Assembly (NCBI GenBank): GCA_973895155.1
Contig: OZ316894.1
Location: 18,762,805-18,826,804, forward strand
Reading direction: 5' to 3'
Length of the DNA stretch: 64,000 nucleotides
DNA from: Marsupella aquatica
Lineage: Eukaryota > Plantae > Marchantiophyta
Shown in pieces: positions 37,144 through 48,568 of the stretch. The translations under genes and the position numbers were made by a program. The notes beneath the pieces were generated by a model. The model was not told where the DNA came from and did not search any database. It saw nothing but the letters and a program-made list of their open reading frames with translations. Each line of letters starts with the position of its first letter. Position 1 is the first letter of the stretch.

Positions 37144-40100
37144 TCAATCGTCATGTGGAGTAGCAGCTTCCACGGTCATCATGCGTCGCACGCTCCGCAG
37201 TCCAATCGCCTGGCAGTGTCGGTGATGAATTGATGGTGGTAGTGATTTGGTGAAGAGATCTGCACAATTGTCTGCACTTGAAATCTGCAAAATGTTGATC
37301 TCTTTTCCATGTAACTCGTGGGTGTAGAAAAACTTTGGAGCTATATGCTTCACGCGATCGCCTTTGATGAATCCTTTTATGATCTGCTGTATACATGCTG
37401 CGTTATCCTCAAAAATGTTAGTAGGCTTCGTTAGTGGTGGTAGGCCGCATTTGGTGTTGATGTGGTTTATAAAGGATTGTAACCAAACGGCTTCACGACT
37501 AGCCTCATGTAGAGCTAAGATTTTTGAGTGATTCGATGAGGTTGCTGTTAGGGTCTGTTTCACGCTTTTCCAAGAAAAAGCGGTACCCCCTATGGTAAAA
37601 ACGTATCCAGTTTGGGATTTTGCGGTATCAGTGTCGGAGAGATATCCGGCATCCGCGTATCCTATGAGCTCGTGGTTTGCACCGAATGGGTAAAATAACC
37701 CGGTATCGGTGGTTCCACGTAGATATCTAAATATGTGCTTAACTCCATTCCAATGTCTGGCTATGGGAGTTGCACTATGTCTGGCTAGTAAGTTAACTGC
37801 AAATGCAATGTCTGGCCTAGTCTGATTTGCTAGGTACATTAATGCTCCTATCACAGAAAGATACGGAGTTTCTGGTCCTAATAGTGGTTCGTGTTCTTCG
37901 CGTTTGCGAAAAACATCAGTATTATTTTCTAATGAACGTACAACCATTGGTGACGTCAATGGGTGTGCAAGGTTCATATTGAACTGTTTTAGGATCTTTT
38001 CGGTTTGTGTGGTCTGATGGAGCATCATGCCAGTGGTAGGATCTCTAGTTGTAATCCTAAGCAAAAGTTTGTATGTCCAAGGTCTTTCATCTCAAATGTG
38101 GATTTAAGACTCGTAATAGTATCTTCTGTAAGTTGGGGTGTCCCAAATATATTTAAGTCATCAACATAAATAGAAACGATGACATATTCGTCATCCATAT
38201 GTTTAATAAATAAACATGGGGTAATTGCATCATGGGTAAAACCCATGGCAATCATTTCATCAGTAAATCTTTGATACCATACTCTACCACTTTGTTTCAG
38301 GCCATATAAAGCCTTCAACACGCAGATAGCTAGTCCGCGGCGAGTATTCCGTACGGTTGACACAGCGGTGTCGTTATTATGAGTTATATGTGTAGATGAC
38401 ACATGAGGTGTAACTTGAGATAATTGTGTTATAATCTTATGTAAATATGGAATATGCGATTTGGCACCTTGAGCCAAAGCTCGGCGACGTTGCTCCAACT
38501 CGGGAGGTGATCGCATGTATAGACAAGTGTCTAAAGTTCCATATAGATATGCAGTTGCAACATCCAGTTGTCGCATTTGTAGTTTATGGAAAATGGCAAA
38601 TCCGATAAGGTATCGGAATGTTGTGCTATCCATAACCGGTGAATAGGTTTCATCGTAATGAATTCCCGGTTGTTGTGTAAATCCTTTCCCTACCAGACGT
38701 GCTTTGTAGCGTACAACTTGGCCTTTATCATTTCTTTTTCGGACAAATGTCCACTTGTAGCCAATTAGGTGTACGTCTTGCGGTGTTGGCTCGACTGGGC
38801 CAAAAGTGTGTTTGCTAAGTAGGGAATCTAATTCTCCATTTATAGCTTTTTGCCATTCGGGCCAATCTGGTCTGTTTTGGCATTCTAAGATAGATATTGG
38901 TTCGGGTGTATCGTCAGTGATATGTGTTGCCACCATTAATGCAAAAGCATAATCTATTGAAGTAGTATTTCTATCCCACATCACACCTGTGTGTGCGTAG
39001 TGGATAGAGATCTCTTCATGAGATGTAGGTTCGGTATGATCGACATCAGGTGAAGGTGGTATAGATGAACCACGCCTTCTTGGTTGTTTATCCTTTGATC
39101 CCAAAGGTCTGCCACGTTTGGCACGAGGTTGGGATGTACTTGCTGGTTCATTTGATAATTCGATGCGAGCAGATGCTCTCGCAGCTGGGATATGTGAGCG
39201 GCTAACTTGTGATGTATCAACGAAAGCATCAGGAAGTTCTTCCACAATCTTGTGGTGTAAAATTCATTGAACTTCTTTCTCCCCTTGATTGGTTCGAAGG
39301 TCTTGCCAAAATGGCGAGTGTCTTTCCCACTCCAAAGGTGGTTGTGGGTGTTCAGGGGTTATTAACGGTGGGTAAACATGTTCATCGAAATGGCAATCTA
39401 GGAATCTGGCTTTAAAAACATCGCCAGTTGTAGGTTCCATATATCGGATTATGGACGGTGAGTCGAATCCAATGTATATCCCCAACTGTCGTTGGGGTCC
39501 CATCTTGGTTCGTTTAGGTGGAGTAATGGGGACCATTACTTGACATCCAAATGAACGAAGGTGGGATAAGTCAGGTTTTATACCATTAGCAATTTGGTAT
39601 GGGCTATAGGTATTAAAAGCCGATGGGCGGTATTGAATTAATGCATTAGCCTATAATATGACATGTCCCGATGCTGAGACGGGGAGTTTTGACTGCATTA
39701 GTAATGGGCGTGCAATTAACTGAAGGCATTTAATGACCGCTTCAGCTAATCCGTTCTGGAAATGCACGTGAGGTACAGGATATTGTATGTCTATGCCAAG
39801 TGATGTGCAAAAGTCATCAAATGTTTCGGATGTGAATTCCCCTGCATTGTCCACCCTTAATGTCTTAATGGGGTGATCTGGGAATTGTGCTTGCACGCGC
39901 AAGATTTGCGTCAAAATACGAGGCATAACCATGTTCCTCGTTGAAAGCAGGGTCACATTCGACCATTTAGTTGATGCGTCGATTAATACCATAAAGTAGC
40001 GGAAAGGTCCGCTCGGAGGGTTAATCGGTCCGCAAACATCTGCATGGATTATTTCCAAGAATTGGGGTATTTGAGTTGGCAATTTTGATGTCGTGGGCCT

Positions 40101-40691
40101 TGTTATTAATTTTCCGCATGAGCATGCAGTGCATGGAGTGCTCGCTAGAATGTGGCGTGTATTGATTGGAATGCCTCTTGAATTCTTAATGATTTTGGTT
40201 AGCATTGATTGGCCGGGGTGGCCGAGGCGTGCATGCCAGAGCGCATGCAATTCGCTTGTGTTGGCATTGTTATGCAGAAATTCAATATGAGTTACATAAA
40301 ACCCGCAAGGGTACGAGAAAATGGTTTCTTTAATGATTTTCCCCGTAGGGGTATTTTCAACCAAGTGTATCACTTCCTGATCTCTGGTATCGCCCGTCTG
40401 GACATGTAGTCCGTTCGCTCGTATATCTCTAAAACTGAGGAGATTACGGGTTGCATTCGGGGCAAAAATAGCAGTTTCTATGTGAATCGCTATACCCTGC
40501 GGTAGTCTAATAGAAGTTGGGCCGAAGCCTTCTTCTATTTGGCTAGGGCCATTTATAGTGGTCAGGGACCTACGTGAAGGTGTAATCTTGTGGAAAAGTT
40601 GCCTATCCCTGAGGATAGTATGTGTGGTCGCACTGTCGATAATACATGTGCTTGGATTATTTAAATCTGGTGTAGTGGAGCTACTTTCCAC
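37144..40691 (-). pseudogene. Disrupted pol (PR-IN-RT-RH) of the Bianca-like element
   Basis: PR DSATTH; IN WHARLGHP, HADVCGP, RVDNAGEF; RT LDVATAYLYG, LYGLKQSGR, IYVDDL; RH YADA, EDNAAC. Stops at about 39651 and 39264 and a frameshift near 38040. Confidence 0.93.
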
Positions 40692-41803
40692 TAAGTGTCT
40701 GGTAGGTCTGAGAAGTCTTGGAATGGGTCACTAGACTCCATGAACGCCCCGTGGGTTTCACGGGGTGGTGGCCTAGTGGTTTGTCCATCCTGGATGGACC
40801 GTTGGTATAGATCTCTAAGGTGTTGCGGGATTCTATAGTTTCTCGCTAGGTGGTTTGTCATGCCACATTCATGGCATTTTGGTCGTTCCCGTTGTTGTCG
40901 GGATTGTGACCAATCATTTCTACGGTTGTCATTATATGTTCTACCACCGCTGCGTCCTCCGCGTCCGCCACGTCTGCCACGTCCTCCTCGTCCTCCTTGT
41001 CCTCCACGTCCTTCTCGTCCACCACGTCCTCTAAAGGTTCGTTGGTAGTTATATTGTGGACGTTGGTTATAGAAACTCCCCCTGTTGTGGGTGTTTCTCC
41101 GGTTGCTATTCTTAGTGCGTTTAATGCCTTGCCTCGATGTGGAGGGTTCATTATTTTCTATGTTATGGGTTTCATTCTGTTGTCCTGAGGGCAGTGTGCC
41201 CGCAGGTCGTTTTCTAGAGTTTACTAAAAGAAGTTCTTGGTTTCTTTCGGTGACTAGGAGGTGGGCTATGAGCTCGGAGTATTGCCCGAACTTCATGTTT
41301 CGATACTGTGTTGATAGCCACACATTCGATGAATGAAATGTCGACAAGGTCTTCTCTAGCAGATCCTTGTCTGTGACCGGCTCGCCACATAGTGCGAGGG
41401 TTGCTGTGATTCTAAATAGTTTGCTATTGTAGGCTGAAATTGAGGTAAAGTCATGGACCCGGAGGTTGAGCCAATCTTGTTTGGCTCTAGGTAATTCGAC
41501 CAGTTTCTGGTGGTCGAATCGAGTCTGTAGGGCTGTCCATAGTTCCCGAGGGGTCGAAAGGTGCATGTATTGTCTCTGGACGAATCTATGGATGTGGTGT
41601 CTCAGGAATACTAGGGCTTTCGATTCGTTGGCTTTAGTTAATGGGTCTGGTTGGGGTTCGCTGGCAAGGATGGGTTGAGCGAGCCCTATCGCGGGGAGTA
41701 GGGTTAGCGAGGTTAGGTTTTCTTTTAGGTTCATGGACCATTCTAGGTAGTTGCTGCCATCTATCTCTAGGGCGGGGAAGGTGAGTTTCTCGAGGTTGGT
41801 CAT
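40691..41803 (-). CDS. Gag of the Bianca-like element
   Basis: 370-aa ORF with gag motifs, an RGG-rich tract and a degenerate zinc knuckle CHECGMTNHLARNY. Confidence 0.85.
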   Translation of the reverse strand: MTNLEKLTFPALEIDGSNYLEWSMNLKENLTSLTLLPAIGLAQPILASEPQPDPLTKANESKALVFLRHHIHRFVQRQYMHLSTPRELWTALQTRFDHQKLVELPRAKQDWLNLRVHDFTSISAYNSKLFRITATLALCGEPVTDKDLLEKTLSTFHSSNVWLSTQYRNMKFGQYSELIAHLLVTERNQELLLVNSRKRPAGTLPSGQQNETHNIENNEPSTSRQGIKRTKNSNRRNTHNRGSFYNQRPQYNYQRTFRGRGGREGRGGQGGRGGRGRRGGRGGRSGGRTYNDNRRNDWSQSRQQRERPKCHECGMTNHLARNYRIPQHLRDLYQRSIQDGQTTRPPPRETHGAFMESSDPFQDFSDLPDT

Positions 41804-43262
41804 CTCTAGGGTCCTGGCGTGCAGCGGTGGTGTGCGTGTTTATATATAATATATATAGTCAAAAGACAATGCACATTTTCCGCATGCAATGGTGGAGAAG
41901 AGGTTGAGGAGATCAATCTAGGTCACTGGCGAGTGAAGCATGAATGTTTGGGTTTTTGCAGAATTTAGGGTTTGCACTTATTAAGTTGGTTTTCTTTGTA
42001 AATGTATAACTGCAAGGATTCCTTTGTATTATCTTTTTCCTTTGTTAAGATGTGCAGTTATCCAGTTGTGCACTTAAGGTTGCAGTTATGGGTGATGCTT
42101 TACTCGTGCTCTGGTTAAGTGCACATTATGCTTTGTAATTGAGGTCGCTTTGAGGGAAATTGCAATTAGAGGGGGTTTGTGGTTATGTGCGGTTAGGAAG
42201 TTTGCACTTAGCGGGTTGAGGTTTCTTCGACGTTCTGTCGATGATTTTAGGCCTTGATGTTGCGCTTTCTGCCTTGGGGTTGCCTCTTCTCGCGACCTTC
42301 AGATCCCTTGCGTCTCAAGAATTGGAAGTGCTTGGTCTTTAAGCTTCTTGCGTCTCCTCTCACCTCGTTGTAGTCGGTACTCAATGTCAATTTCTTAACC
42401 TTGTCTCTCGCTGCGGCTGTATGAAGGGAATTCTCAACTGCTGTCCTTATCGTTTTTCCTTCCGGGACGACCTTCGTCCTTATGAGTTCTCTATGTCCTT
42501 ATGAATCTGCTTATCATTCCTTTGGCTTCGCGAGTTCCTGCAGCGACCTCTCTTCTGCCTCGATCTTCAGCCTTCAATCGATCACGGATTTTCTTCGCCT
42601 CTCAGTGATCGTCTACGAGAAGTCAGCATAGCATGGATACCGAAAGCGAAATCAGGGTAATCGGCAGTTGAGGTGTTCCTGGCAAATTTCTTCAAATTTG
42701 GCCTTTGTCCTATGCGCTTCCAACTCGTGGTGCCATATGTGCTTCCGTCTCCTCCTGCGAGCGGCCCTCGTTTCTTTCTCTCTGCCTTATGCAATTCAAT
42801 CAGCCTCCTTTCGTTATCAAATTGGCTCTCTATTTCCTTCAATGATCGATCTTTGTCTCTTTGGATTGTTCCTCCCGGTCCCTATCGGTGCTCGCTGTTA
42901 TCTTTTGGCATATCCTTATGAATGTTGTTTTGTTTCTCTGCCCTCGGCTCTCTGCTTTTCAACCTCTCGCGCTCCTCTTATCACTTTTCGGGTCTGTTTC
43001 CTTCATTCGTCATCGGGCATTCATCTCCCCTATCCTTTCCTTTAAGCCTTATCGATCTTTTTCCTTATGATTCTCGATTCTCGCTTCTCTTAATTTCTTG
43101 TGCTCCGCTGGCTCCTCGTGTCCTTATGCCCATGGTCGATTGCTGTCGAAAAGCTGCTCGCTTCCTTCCGATCTCTTATTCGTCTTACTCAATCATTACT
43201 CAATTCGCCATGGCTCTTCGAAAAAAAAAAATCTTAGCCTCCTTGCTTAGCCTCGGTGAGTC

Positions 43263-43276
43263 TCGTGCTGATAACG
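43263..43276 (-). other. Primer binding site complementary to the 5' half (anticodon arm) of tRNA-Ile
   Basis: Plus strand TCGTGCTGATAACG abuts the 5' LTR. Plant cytosolic tRNA-Ile(AAT) reads TCGTGCTAATAACG in this region (from memory). Confidence 0.8.
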
Positions 43277-46200
43277 TGTGTTAATGGAATGAGAATGAGT
43301 ATCTGAATAGCCATGAGTGGTGGTACATATAGTCATGTCTGGTGACCGGCTGGTCCGGTCATCCGGTTAGAGGTAGAGTCTAACACTTATATGATTTTTG
43401 TCTGGTCCTGAAGTATGGAATGGGACAGCTGTTTAATCCAAGCTTAAGGGCCGACAGACAAATGTTGACAACAGGAACAGGCCAAGATATACATACGTTG
43501 TGAAATAAGAAATATGCACTGTGAACTTACATGGAAGACTCTGAAATAATACACCATTAACCACTATGATGATTAGGGGATCCCACCAAATTAGTCCCAT
43601 GCCATAGTCTGTTTACAAATTAAGAAAAAGGAGGGAACAGTATTCTCCTGTCACATGTTTTCCCGTGTAATTGATGCTTTTGGGTTTTTTTTTTAATACA
43701 CAACTTTTATTCCAAGAAACTGAACTAACAACATTTGGTCCCCGCTTGAGGGAAGGAGGCAGGGGAGAGAAAAAATATTAATTAAAGGGGGCTGGAAGAG
43801 GGAGCACACCAATAGAAACTAGAAAGGGTGCTATCTACCAGTCTGCCTGAAATGGGTACCCAAGATTGTTTTTATGGTAGGCACGTTTTTATATATAGTA
43901 TGCCTAGTACTATAAACTAATATAGCTATTAGTACATTTGCTAGGGTACAAAACTACAAGGTACGTGACTATAGCCAGTGCATATATATAGAGTACTTTT
44001 TGGCATGGAGCATTAGTCACAGGGGAACTAGATTGACCTCAGATGAAGGTTTTTGGCATGGACCAAGTCAAGGCGATCATTGAAGTAGATTGGCATGTAA
44101 TGAAAGTTTTTTTTGTCTTTTTGCTCTTGATCAAGAAATTAATTTTCATATTTTTAATTTTTAAATTATTTTTTGGGGAGTGGGGGGATTAATTTTGCCT
44201 TTTTTCCAATTTTTTCTTCTTTTTCAATCATGCTGGAGGGAAGAAAATGAGGGAAGAGGAAGGAAGGAGGCAGTGGGAGGGCAAGAGAGGAGAGCAGGAG
44301 GAAAGAATGGGAGGGCACGAGGGAAGGGGAAAGACATGGAGACAACCCAAAACATGTGCGTCCTCCTTCCATATAGCATTGCACAAACCCACCTGGACCC
44401 CACAATGCCCAGACATTGTTACCATCCTGTCTTGCATCCCCCGGCCTTGCCCGGGGCCTCGTCCTCCCTAAAATCACTTTAATTGCAACAACAACATTTA
44501 CTAAAATGCTTGCTAAAATGACATTCTACAGTTTTGCAGCAACAATCACCCATTCAACCAAAATGAGGATGGGAATGAGGACACTTGGATCTCAACCATA
44601 ACATGGTAAGTTTCACAATTGACACAACAAAAATGACAACATTTCCTTGCCTCACCTGCATGTCTTTGCCATACCATGAAATTTGTGTGCAACTCAAGAG
44701 CATAATTGTCACACCAACCACAACATGGGCATTCATTGGGCTATATACTCATCATCCCTTGTGTGTACTGAACATTTGGACCCCATGGGCATTAAACACC
44801 ATGTCCTCATACTTGCAATTATTTGGGGAATTATTTATTAATCATCCCATTTATGCATTATATTGTCATTGTGATATATATTCTTTGACTCATCCCCACT
44901 CACTAAACTTGCACATGGACAACATGGTCCCAATGACAGCATGGTCCCAACATGGCCGCAACAACACATATGATGTCACTCTCAACAAGCTCCTTGCCTC
45001 ACTTGTAATTTGTTGACCCACCTTGACATCTTCTGTGCAACACATGCAGGCGCATTGGGCTATGAATGTATACTCCACAAAAGCGAAACGCATATAGACC
45101 ATGACATTGTCAACCAACACAACCCCTATGATAGACGAGGGGAGCTGATTGACAGTGTACTAGGGGGGATGCTTGAAAACTCGTTCAAGAACACTTCTTA
45201 AAGCCCCAGCCAAACCTGAGGATTCAATGGTTTGGTTAGCTCTGGATGGAAAGGCAAGTATTCTGTTGTCAATTTGTGGAATGACTGCATATATGGGATT
45301 CAAAATACAAAACATACAACTGTTGACCCATGCATTTTACTGGAAAGTTTGGAAAACTTACACAAAAAGTCACGACCTTTGTGGATGTGTCTAATGCAAG
45401 ATCTTTTTGACAGTCCTCTCTGGACCTAGCTTTTGTCACGTGTCCTTCCAATTTTTATGTGTATTTGTACTTGGTAGATCCTAAAGCTGCTATTTCTTAG
45501 TTTGGGATTTTAGCTTCAGTTCCAATGTGACCTTTCCACAAATCTTACCTTCTAGTCAATTGGCCACCTGTGGTCTGCTCAAGCTTCCTTATACTTTAGA
45601 ACCTCCACGAGTAAGGACTTTTTTCAAGTAATGTCTTCTTTACGCTATCTGGCCTGGCCGTCAGAATTTAAATTACAAAACAATCTCCAAGTGAGAACAC
45701 ACACCAGGGCCCAAGCACATTCACACCGCCATTATTGCAGACATTTCCAAGTCATGACATGCAAAGATGGATTCCCCCTTTGGGGAAATTCCCACTTTTG
45801 AGGAGATTCACACCTTTGAGGGGATTCGAGAGGGGATTGGACCCCAACCTTGGTCCCATATCAAATTATTTTTAGCTAGAGCTAGGAAAAATCCTGAATT
45901 CTCATATGATATATTTACCAAGCTATACAGAATTTGGTGTAAATCGGATTAAAGGGGCTATATAAGCTTGGACGTACATTTCAAAATTTTGGCTTAAATA
46001 GAGAGGATACTCAAGCTTTTGCATGGGATCTGCAGAAACATGCATCCCATTTTATCTAGGTAAATATATTAATTTATAAAAATAGCATTTGGGATGTCAT
46101 CCTAGCTTAATATAGGCTTGGATGGAGATCCCCACCAAGTTTATGGAGATACCACTAAGTGCTAGCATGAGTCACAACAGTCTGACTGTGCCGTAAAGGC

Positions 46201-47624
46201 ACTTCCAGGGACTTGTATCCCTGAGGCAAAAAGCCAGGATGCAGAGTTGGGCTGGCAACACCTGGTCCTAGCCTGGTAGGGTTGGATCCAGGTTTGATGT
46301 TTGGTTATTGTGGGCTGATCCGCTAATCACAGTATGATTTGACAGCATTTTCATTGGTTGGTGAGGTGGCCCATCTCGTTCTACAAAGTTACTCTAGTGG
46401 GCATGTACATGGGGGCAGAGGGAGTAATAAGTGAAGGAAATTATTTGGTATTTTACTATGTAACGGAGGGAGGGAGTACAAAGGACATTGGGCTAGGAGG
46501 AAAAAGGACTTAGTGTTTTCTTGCATCAAGGTGCATGTTTCTTTTGCAGCCATAAGCTCTCCCTAAACTGTGCTGCTACCTTCACTCGCCCCGACTTTCA
46601 CACTTTTTTTTTGTTTATTCAGATTTCACAGGTCAGGATTTCAAGGGCTAGAAAAATACCAGCCTTTGCCCTTGGAAAATACCTCCATCAAGCCTGCCTT
46701 AGCAGGCGGTTCAAGCATGCAATTCTGAGTCCATAATATGCTGCAAAGAGTATACTTTAGGGCCACAAAAGAAAAGCCCTTCTACATGCAAGACAACCCT
46801 AGAAACTCTCATAGAAACTGTTCCAAAGGTTTTTCAGTTTTCTGCCATGCAAGTAGGGTCTTTATCTTCTCTTAGTGGCCTTCCCTTCTTCTGTTGGTGT
46901 TGGGACTCTCGGGATTGTGGTGCCTCATCAGTCTTCTTGGGGTTGTTCCCCTTTTCCCCCCTTTATTGGGTCTCTTGCCTTTGGGATAGTGTAACCGGAT
47001 CTGGAGTTTTTGTCATGTCTCCTGGACTGGCGTTTTTGTCGTGTTTCTCAATCTGGCAGTTTTATGGTGTTTCCTCATCTGGGATTTTTTTTCTAACTTT
47101 GCCTATCTGACATTAATATATAGATATACATAAAACAGGTGAGAGGAACTAAAGTGTTGATGGACCAGGTTGGAGGGTTTCCATTCTTTGCCAATTTGAC
47201 ATTATATATAGACAAGTTCAATCCCCATGGGTTGCACAGAAGATGTCATAAACACTTGATTCATTAAAAGAGTATCATCTTTTGTTAATGTTTAGGCCTC
47301 TAAATGCTCTCTTTTTGTCTCTAAATATACACTTTTTAAACCCAACAATACACAATACAATACTTTACACCTAAATGGTCAGTTGTAAACTTGAGGGGGC
47401 GAAAAAGATCTTTACTAGAAGGACTATAGTCCAAGTTCATGGTTACAAAGGATGATTGAACATGGTAGTACATCTAATGGCCATGACCTTTGTTGCTTGC
47501 TCAAATATATACTCTTTTGAAAGCCAAGTGTACACTTTATATTACCCAAATGTTTATAATCAAATAATAATTCACTTTAATTCAATGAATAGATTGATCA
47601 TAGCGTGAAGGTGTTGTTAAGTAA

Positions 47625-47865
47625 AAGTCGTTTTATGCAAATATGTAAAAGATGTCATTGCCCGAAAGATGTGGTTGTGCAAAAGATGTTGTTGTGCAAA
47701 AGATGTTGTTTGGTTAGAGATATTGTTATGCTAAAGATGCCATTGAGAAATTATTATATATTGTGGTGCAAAAGATCATATCGATCGTTGAATAAAAGAT
47801 TTTGTTTATTAAAATATATCATTGGGCAAAAAATGTTGTTGAGTAAAAGATATCATTGTGCAAAA
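47625..47865. repeat. Degenerate short-period repeat (AAAAGATGTTGTTGTGC-like)
   Basis: Many AAAGAT(G/A)T(T/C)(G/A)TTG units at roughly 17-20-bp spacing. Confidence 0.6.
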
Positions 47866-48226
47866 TATGGGCTAAGTATGACAACTTACCATAAAAGTTT
47901 GACAAAATGAAAATTGGTTATTTTCTTAAATTTTTACTTTTTTTTTCCCTTCAGTTAAACCTTATGCCTTGGCCCCCTCCCCCCTTTCATTAGGTTTTGG
48001 TCTCAAGTATAAATGGTGCACCTTATATTATGGCTTTTGCATAAATCAGGTGAGAGGAGCTAAAGCGTTCACAGACGAAGTGGGGATCGAAAGTTGGCGG
48101 AATAAGACTAAAAGCGTTTTTAAAACAGAATGGAGTTGAAGCATTCAACACTCTCAAGTTGAGGTGAGCGGAACAAGACTAAAAGAGATTTCAGATTAGA
48201 ACTGAAGTATTCAACTTTGGACAAGT

Positions 48227-48251
48227 TGCGGTGAGCGTGGATCGAACACGC

Positions 48252-48294
<43 letters not shown>

Positions 48295-48299
48295 CCCGC
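48227..48299 (-). tRNA. tRNA-Phe(GAA), cytosolic
   Basis: GCGGGGATAGCTCAGTTGGGAGAGCGTCAGACTGAAGATCTGAAGGTCGCGTGTTCGATCCACGCTCACCGCA: full cloverleaf, A and B boxes, GAA anticodon, standard plant tRNA-Phe sequence; T-run downstream. Confidence 0.98.
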
Positions 48300-48515
48300 T
48301 AGTTGTCCGGGTTACAGAAAGTAATTTACTTGTTTAAAACCACTAATCGCGACTAAATCGCTCGAAACAGTCCACTCTTCAGTCGGCTTTCTTTGTGGGT
48401 AACACAGAGCTTCAGAAAGAGAGCGATAATGATCTCTACGAACGAACAAACAGATGCCAATGAAGCACAAGAAGGAAGAGAAGGGGGAGGAAGAAGAATC
48501 GAACGAGTTAAAAGT

Positions 48516-48568
48516 CCTGCTACCTTCAAGTTAAAAGCCTATTGCTCTACCAACTGAGCTATACACCC
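48516..48568 (-). pseudogene. Truncated mitochondrial-type tRNA-Lys(UUU) fragment
   Basis: GGGTGTATAGCTCAGTTGGTAGAGCAATAGGCTTTTAACTTGAAGGTAGCAGG has the D arm and TTT anticodon arm of plant mitochondrial trnK, but lacks the T loop and the 3' acceptor strand. Confidence 0.75.

Larger units (their letters stand above)
36723..43385 (-). mobile_element. Full-length, defective Ty1/copia LTR retrotransposon, Bianca-like
   Basis: Identical 109-bp TG..CA LTRs (36723-36831, 43277-43385), TSD CTTAT, PPT (minus AAAGGGGAG), half-tRNA-type PBS. Protein motifs typical of Bianca-like copia: LEIDGSNYLEW, WLNLRVHDF, DLLEKTLSTFH, IIDSATTHTIL, RTKMGPQRQLGIYIGFDSPSII, GFIKGDRVKHIAPKFFYTHEL. Confidence 0.95.

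Noticed and set aside
40684-40695. Ty1/EST3-type +1 frameshift site CTTAGTG at the gag end
   Set aside because: The CTT codon is not in the gag frame, and the required shift is -1.
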